DNA from: Eubacteriales bacterium
Lineage (GTDB): Bacteria > Bacillota > Clostridia > Peptostreptococcales > Anaerovoracaceae
NCBI GenBank assembly: GCA_030525365.1
Contig: JAUNEW010000001.1
Coordinates: 7,260 to 70,209, forward strand
Direction of reading: 5' to 3'
DNA length: 62,950 bases
Each line of letters starts with the position of its first letter. Within the stretch, counting starts at the first letter, position 1. Positions 58,613 to 62,950 of this stretch are shown here, piece after piece. Under the pieces are notes generated by a model that saw only the letters and a program-made list of their open reading frames with translations, did no database searches and was not told where the DNA came from. Position numbers and translations under genes: made by a program.

Positions 58613-59197
58613 ATGGAGAAGGAAGAGAACGTAAAAGATCGAATTATTCGCACATCTTGGAATCTGTTTTCGAAGAAGGGATTTGAGAAAACAACCCTGA
58701 ATGATATTATTACCGGCGCGGAGATTTCGAAGGGAACTTTTTATTATTATTTTCGCAGTAAGGACACATTACTGAACACATTATCTGTTATATTTGATGA
58801 AGAGTACCAGAGTGTGGAGGAGAGAATGCCAGAGAATCTGGATTCTTTCGAGAAGCTGATGTACCTGAACTACGAGATTCACACTTACATTGGAGAGAAT
58901 TTCGATTATCGTCTGATTGCCAATCAGTATGCGGCTCAGCTGACGAAGGAGGATGCATCCAATCTTTTGGACAAGAACCGTTACTATTTCACCATATTAA
59001 CCCGGATTATTGACGAGGGACAGCGGAATGGCGAGCTGCGGGATGATTTTACCGTCAGCGAGATGGTCAAGCTGTACAGCCTGTGCGAACGTGCTTTGGT
59101 GACGGATTGGTGCATGAACAACGGTGGGTACTCGTTAGGTGAATACAGTAAGAAAATGATGCCCCTTCTGTTCGGTCAATTCCGGATGAAGAAATAG
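58613..59197 (+). CDS. TetR/AcrR family regulator
   Basis: LF..KGFE.TT..DI...A.ISKGTFYYYF.SKD.L. Confidence 0.92.
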   Translation: MEKEENVKDRIIRTSWNLFSKKGFEKTTLNDIITGAEISKGTFYYYFRSKDTLLNTLSVIFDEEYQSVEERMPENLDSFEKLMYLNYEIHTYIGENFDYRLIANQYAAQLTKEDASNLLDKNRYYFTILTRIIDEGQRNGELRDDFTVSEMVKLYSLCERALVTDWCMNNGGYSLGEYSKKMMPLLFGQFRMKK

Positions 59198-59221
59198 CGG
59201 CATCGGATGTAAAGGAGTGCT

Positions 59222-59515
59222 ATGTACTACAGAAATAACAGTAACCTCGGATGTTTTATATTGATTTTATGCATACTTCTGTTCTTTGCAGGCGTTCTGC
59301 ACCTGTTGCTATCACCGGCGTTCTGGCTGCTTGTGGCGGTTCTGGCAGTGATTTCGTGGGTTCAAAATGCCTGGAGACGAAGACATGGATCCGATGAAGG
59401 AAGAAATTCTTCAGATTCCGACTACACGGAAGGTACGGATGATCCGGAACGCATTGAAGAAGTCTATGAGACCAATGCGGTAGACGTGGACGATGTAGAG
59501 GTTACCAAAGATTAA
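59222..59515 (+). CDS. Hypothetical small membrane protein with acidic tail
   Basis: AAGGAG RBS, two hydrophobic segments, acidic C-terminus. Confidence 0.65.
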   Translation: MYYRNNSNLGCFILILCILLFFAGVLHLLLSPAFWLLVAVLAVISWVQNAWRRRHGSDEGRNSSDSDYTEGTDDPERIEEVYETNAVDVDDVEVTKD

Positions 59516-59540
59516 GATGAAAGGAATGCGAAAGAGTGCA

Positions 59541-59576
59541 TAGAATGGCATGTGGATAGGATGCCATTCTATTTTT
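59541..59576 (+). terminator. Intrinsic terminator
   Basis: TAGAATGGCAT...ATGCCATTCTA-TTTTT. Confidence 0.7.
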
Positions 59577-59586
59577 GCATTCTATT

Positions 59587-59636
59587 TCCAAAAAGTTTGT
59601 TAAAAAATTGAACAAACTTTTTGGAGGTGTTATAAT
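59587..59636 (+). promoter_or_regulatory. Promoter overlapped by a perfect 15-bp inverted repeat
   Basis: TCCAAAAAGTTTGTT-9 nt-AACAAACTTTTTGGA; TTGAAC (59608-13)-17 bp-TATAAT (59631-36, TG-extended). Confidence 0.65.
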
Positions 59637-59679
59637 ATCATTATAAATTTGAATTTTTTGAAAACGGAAGGTAATTGAT

Positions 59680-60354
59680 ATGACACAGGAAGAACGAATC
59701 GACATGCTGTCAAATATCGCCAACGGTCTTTCGAAGGTAATGGGAAGTGAGACCGAAGTGGCGGTACATGACCTGAAAGAAATGAAATTGAGCTATGTAG
59801 CCAACGGATATATTACGGAACGGCAGGCGGGCTGTGCCTTGGATGAGGATGTCAGCAAATCCATCGAGAAGCTTTCCGACGAGGACGGCCATCTGGTGGG
59901 ATACGAAAGCCGCACCACCAAGGGAAAGAAGCTGAGGGCTTCCCACATGCTGTTTCGCGATGAGAACGGCGAGCCGGCGGCCATGCTTTGCATTAACCAG
60001 GACACAGCCACTATGGACAGCATCGTGCAGTATCTAGAAAATTCCATTCGGATTCATGTACACGAAGATGCGGAAGAAGATTTAGTCCTAGGGGGCGATG
60101 ATTACGTGCAGAAGATGACCCAGGAGGTAATTCTGAAAACTGCAGAGGAAATGAATCCGGCGGAGCTAGCTACGAAGGACGGAAAGATTGAGCTTCTGCG
60201 GAGACTGAGAAAGCAAGGAGTTTTCAACGTGAAGGACATCATTCCTTTCGTTTGCAAAGTGATTTCTGTGTCACAGGCAACCCTGTACAATTATCTGAGA
60301 GATCTTCGAAATGAGGAGAGTCTTGAGCCGATAGAGCGACTCAAAGTAAAATAA
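59680..60354 (+). CDS. YheO-like PAS + HTH transcriptional regulator
   Basis: EVAVHDL, ANG.IT.R, GKKLRAS, LCIN.D, GVF.VK, VSQATLYNYL. Confidence 0.87.
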   Translation: MTQEERIDMLSNIANGLSKVMGSETEVAVHDLKEMKLSYVANGYITERQAGCALDEDVSKSIEKLSDEDGHLVGYESRTTKGKKLRASHMLFRDENGEPAAMLCINQDTATMDSIVQYLENSIRIHVHEDAEEDLVLGGDDYVQKMTQEVILKTAEEMNPAELATKDGKIELLRRLRKQGVFNVKDIIPFVCKVISVSQATLYNYLRDLRNEESLEPIERLKVK

Positions 60355-60374
60355 CAAGAGGAGACAGAATAACC

Positions 60375-61559
60375 ATGGAAAAGTACAATCTGCTTACGTA
60401 CAAAGAGCGTAAGGGTTCCAATTCCGTCAAATGGGACACGTTAGAGGAGAAATTCGGCAAGGAGGATTTGCTAGCCGCCTGGGTGGCGGATATGGATATT
60501 GAAGCACCGGAATGCGTGAAAAACGCCCTTCAGAATTACGTGAACTATAATGTATACGGATACTACGCCGTTCCGGCTTCTTTTACCGAATCCTTCATCG
60601 ACTGGATGAAAGAACACCACGGATATGAGGTGAATCCCCTGTGGATTCGATACACGCCGGGAGTGGTGCCTGCCATCTACTGGATTATTCAGATGCTGAC
60701 GGAAATCGAGGATTCTGTAGCAATCATGTCACCGGTATATTATCCTTTCGCCAATGCGATTCGGGATACATCCAGAACCCTGGTGGACGTTCCACTTCAG
60801 AAGGATGAGCTGGGACGGTACCAGATGGATTTAGAAGCATTCGAAGAGACCATTCAGCGGAAAGATGTAAAAGTATTTATTCTCTGTTCCCCCCATAATC
60901 CGGCGGGCCGGGTATGGAGCGAAGAGGAGCTCCGAAGTGTGCTTGACATCTGCCGTAAGAACGGAGTCTACGTGATTTCCGATGAGATTCATCACGACCT
61001 CATCATGCCGGGGCAGAAACACGTGACGGCGGCTACGGTGGGAGATTACGACAGCATTCTGATCACATTGACATCGGCTTCGAAGACGTTTAACCTGGCG
61101 GCTTGCCAGAACGCCATGGCAATCATTCCGAACGATGCACTTCGGGCGAAGTTTGATGCCATGACTCGGAAAATCAAGGTACAGAACGGAAGCAGCTTTG
61201 GTTACATTGCTTACGAGGCCGCATTCCGTGAAGGGAGCGAATGGCTAGCACAGCTGAACCAGCTGATTTACGATAATTACCAGATTCTCCAGAAAGGGCT
61301 GAAGCAGAAACTTCCAGAGGCAGTGGTGTCACCGCTGGAGGGAACCTACCTGGCATGGGTGGATCTCGGTGCATATCTGGAAGATTTAGATACCGAGCGG
61401 ACCCTTCGGGATGTATGTAATCTGGCAGTGGACCTGGGTGAATGGTTCGGCCGGAATAAGTACGAGAATTTCATTCGGGTGAACCTGGCTACCTCTCCGG
61501 ATAATGTGAGACAGATGGTGGCAAGATTGGATCGGATTAATCGGTTAATGGAAAGATAG
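60375..61559 (+). CDS. MalY/PatB family PLP-dependent C-S lyase
   Basis: SVKWD, WVADMD, PGVVP, LCSPHNP.GRVW, SDEIH.D, SASKTFNLA, EGTYLAW.D. Confidence 0.92.
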   Translation: MEKYNLLTYKERKGSNSVKWDTLEEKFGKEDLLAAWVADMDIEAPECVKNALQNYVNYNVYGYYAVPASFTESFIDWMKEHHGYEVNPLWIRYTPGVVPAIYWIIQMLTEIEDSVAIMSPVYYPFANAIRDTSRTLVDVPLQKDELGRYQMDLEAFEETIQRKDVKVFILCSPHNPAGRVWSEEELRSVLDICRKNGVYVISDEIHHDLIMPGQKHVTAATVGDYDSILITLTSASKTFNLAACQNAMAIIPNDALRAKFDAMTRKIKVQNGSSFGYIAYEAAFREGSEWLAQLNQLIYDNYQILQKGLKQKLPEAVVSPLEGTYLAWVDLGAYLEDLDTERTLRDVCNLAVDLGEWFGRNKYENFIRVNLATSPDNVRQMVARLDRINRLMER

Positions 61560-61573
61560 ATAGTGAGGAATAT

Positions 61574-62563
61574 ATGGGGGACTCAGTGAATTTAACCAGG
61601 AAGCGGCTGATTGTGTTGCTTCGATATCTTTATAATATGACGGACGAAGATCATCCGGTATCCACACCGGATTTAATGGAGATGCTGACGGAAAATGGCA
61701 TTCCCACGAACCGAAAGACGTTGATGACGGATTTGGAATTTCTATCAGATGAAAATTCTCCTTATGACATTATTGAGGTGCGGGGAAAGCCGAATCGGTA
61801 TTTCTGGGGCAGCCGGACTTTCGAGAAATCGGAACTGAATCTGCTGATTGACGCCGTATCCTCGGCCAAGTTCATCACGGAGAAGAAGAGTCGGAAACTG
61901 ATTGAAAAGCTAGAGAGCTTTGTTTCCGTTAGTCAGCGGGAGGAACTGGCAAGAAGGTATGCCCAGAATGCCACCGTTAAGGCTGCTAATGAGTATATCT
62001 ACTACAACATCGATATTATTCAGACTGCCATCAGCCAGGAGCACATGATTGAATTCCAGTACTACGAGTACAATGCTCGGAAGGAACAGGTGCTTCGAGG
62101 AAATGGTGAAGTGTATCGTCTAAGTCCTTACGAAACTTTCTGGAATGACGGATTCTACTATGTTATCGGTTGGTCGGACAAGCACCAGAACATCTCCTCC
62201 TTCCGCATTGATCGGATGAAGCAGGTGCAGGAGCTGGAAGAGAAGAGTGCTCAGAAGCCGGCGGACTGGGACGGTGATGAGTACAACCGGAAGATTTTCG
62301 AGATGTTCCGAGGCAAAGAGGCGAAAGTCACCCTCCGGTGTCAGAACTCCCTGATGAAGTACGTTATCGATCGATTTGGCAAGGAGGTCACCACTACGAT
62401 TGTAGACGAGGGGCATTTCCTGGCCATTGTAGATGTATCCCTGAGTCCAAATTTCTATTCTTGGATATTCCGGTTCAACGGAGGAATTCGGATTGTAGCG
62501 CCTACATCGGTAAAAGAAGATTACAAAGCCATGATTGAAAGAACTCTGGAAGAGGGATTCTAA
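61574..62563 (+). CDS. HTH-WYL-WCX transcriptional regulator
   Basis: N-terminal wHTH (TDEDHP...RKT...D), LLIDAV.S..FIT...S..LI.KL, SPY..W..GFYY, SFRIDRM, F.MF.G, SPNF.SW..F. Confidence 0.85.
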   Translation: MGDSVNLTRKRLIVLLRYLYNMTDEDHPVSTPDLMEMLTENGIPTNRKTLMTDLEFLSDENSPYDIIEVRGKPNRYFWGSRTFEKSELNLLIDAVSSAKFITEKKSRKLIEKLESFVSVSQREELARRYAQNATVKAANEYIYYNIDIIQTAISQEHMIEFQYYEYNARKEQVLRGNGEVYRLSPYETFWNDGFYYVIGWSDKHQNISSFRIDRMKQVQELEEKSAQKPADWDGDEYNRKIFEMFRGKEAKVTLRCQNSLMKYVIDRFGKEVTTTIVDEGHFLAIVDVSLSPNFYSWIFRFNGGIRIVAPTSVKEDYKAMIERTLEEGF

Positions 62564-62587
62564 GGTTCATCGGAAACACCGGCATTC

Positions 62588-62627
62588 AAAAAGCTGTTTT
62601 TAGCGGATTCGCTAAAAACAGCTTTTT
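62588..62627. terminator. Bidirectional terminator
   Basis: AAAAAGCTGTTTTTAGCG-gatt-CGCTAAAAACAGCTTTTT. Confidence 0.82.
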
Positions 62628-62666
62628 CTCGTATCAGATTTCCGGCAAGGCGGCCGTTTCGAAAGG

Positions 62667-62950
62667 CTACAGAATGGTTCCGCCACCTACCACATAATCT
62701 CCGTCGTAGAGGACGACGGACTGACCGCTGGTGATGGCCCGCTGCGGCTCATCGAAAATGATGTGGGCCGTGCCTTGGCCCGTCGGTACGATGGTGGCAT
62801 CGGCCTCTTTGTGCTTATAGCGGATGCGCGCCTTGGCCCGGATGTCCCCGGTCGGTGGATCCATGGCAATCCAATTGAACTCGCCTGCGTCGAACTCTCG
62901 GGTGAACAAATCCTGATTATCTCCCAGAACCACCTGATTCTGGTCCATAT
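62667..62950 (-). CDS. mnmA: tRNA 2-thiouridylase C-terminal part (runs off window)
   Basis: A.IRY.H, FDEPQRAIT.GQSVV.YDG..V.GGG.I C-terminal signature. Confidence 0.9.
   Translation of the reverse strand, partial: MDQNQVVLGDNQDLFTREFDAGEFNWIAMDPPTGDIRAKARIRYKHKEADATIVPTGQGTAHIIFDEPQRAITSGQSVVLYDGDYVVGGGTIL

Noticed and set aside
61574-62563. WYL gene as marker of a defence island or CRISPR locus
   Set aside because: No repeats, cas, restriction, toxin or mobility genes nearby; flanked by malY/patB and mnmA
62640-62950. Apparent GC rise in the mnmA 3' end as HGT or assembly chimera
   Set aside because: Only about 300 bp judged by eye, no att site or repeat; needs flanking sequence to evaluate

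Overview
Core-chromosome window from an anaerobic, amino-acid-fermenting clostridial firmicute (taxonomy inferred from gene content only). No rRNA, tRNA, CRISPR array, integrase or transposase was seen. In order it carries: ppdK (5'-truncated); a first trimeric [FeFe]-hydrogenase hydCBA; an IclR-associated cluster (acyl kinase, aminotransferase, MFS and NhaC transporters, four-subunit 2-oxoacid:ferredoxin oxidoreductase); uraA; a radical SAM-lexA pair; a 10-gene Mrp-type antiporter operon; maf; L20 leader-infC-rpmI-rplT; a membrane-anchored trigger-factor paralogue; nrdR-cmk; radC-minD-like; rny; cysteine desulfurase-thiI; pyrH-frr-uppS-cdsA-dxr-rseP-ispG-polC; two divergent LysR genes; a second hydCBA; TetR, YheO-like, MalY/PatB and WYL genes; and the 3' end of mnmA. 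Best leads: (1) the IclR cluster, where one 15-bp palindrome sits just downstream of each promoter and the enzymes have divergent substrate motifs, suggesting an uncharacterised oxidative amino-acid pathway; (2) the second hydrogenase carries NADP(H)-type substitutions while the first looks NAD(H)-type and has a Rex-like box; (3) PolC lacks its proofreading exonuclease insert; (4) a radical SAM gene appears co-transcribed with lexA behind a variant SOS-like box. All family assignments come from motif recognition by eye; no database searches were run.
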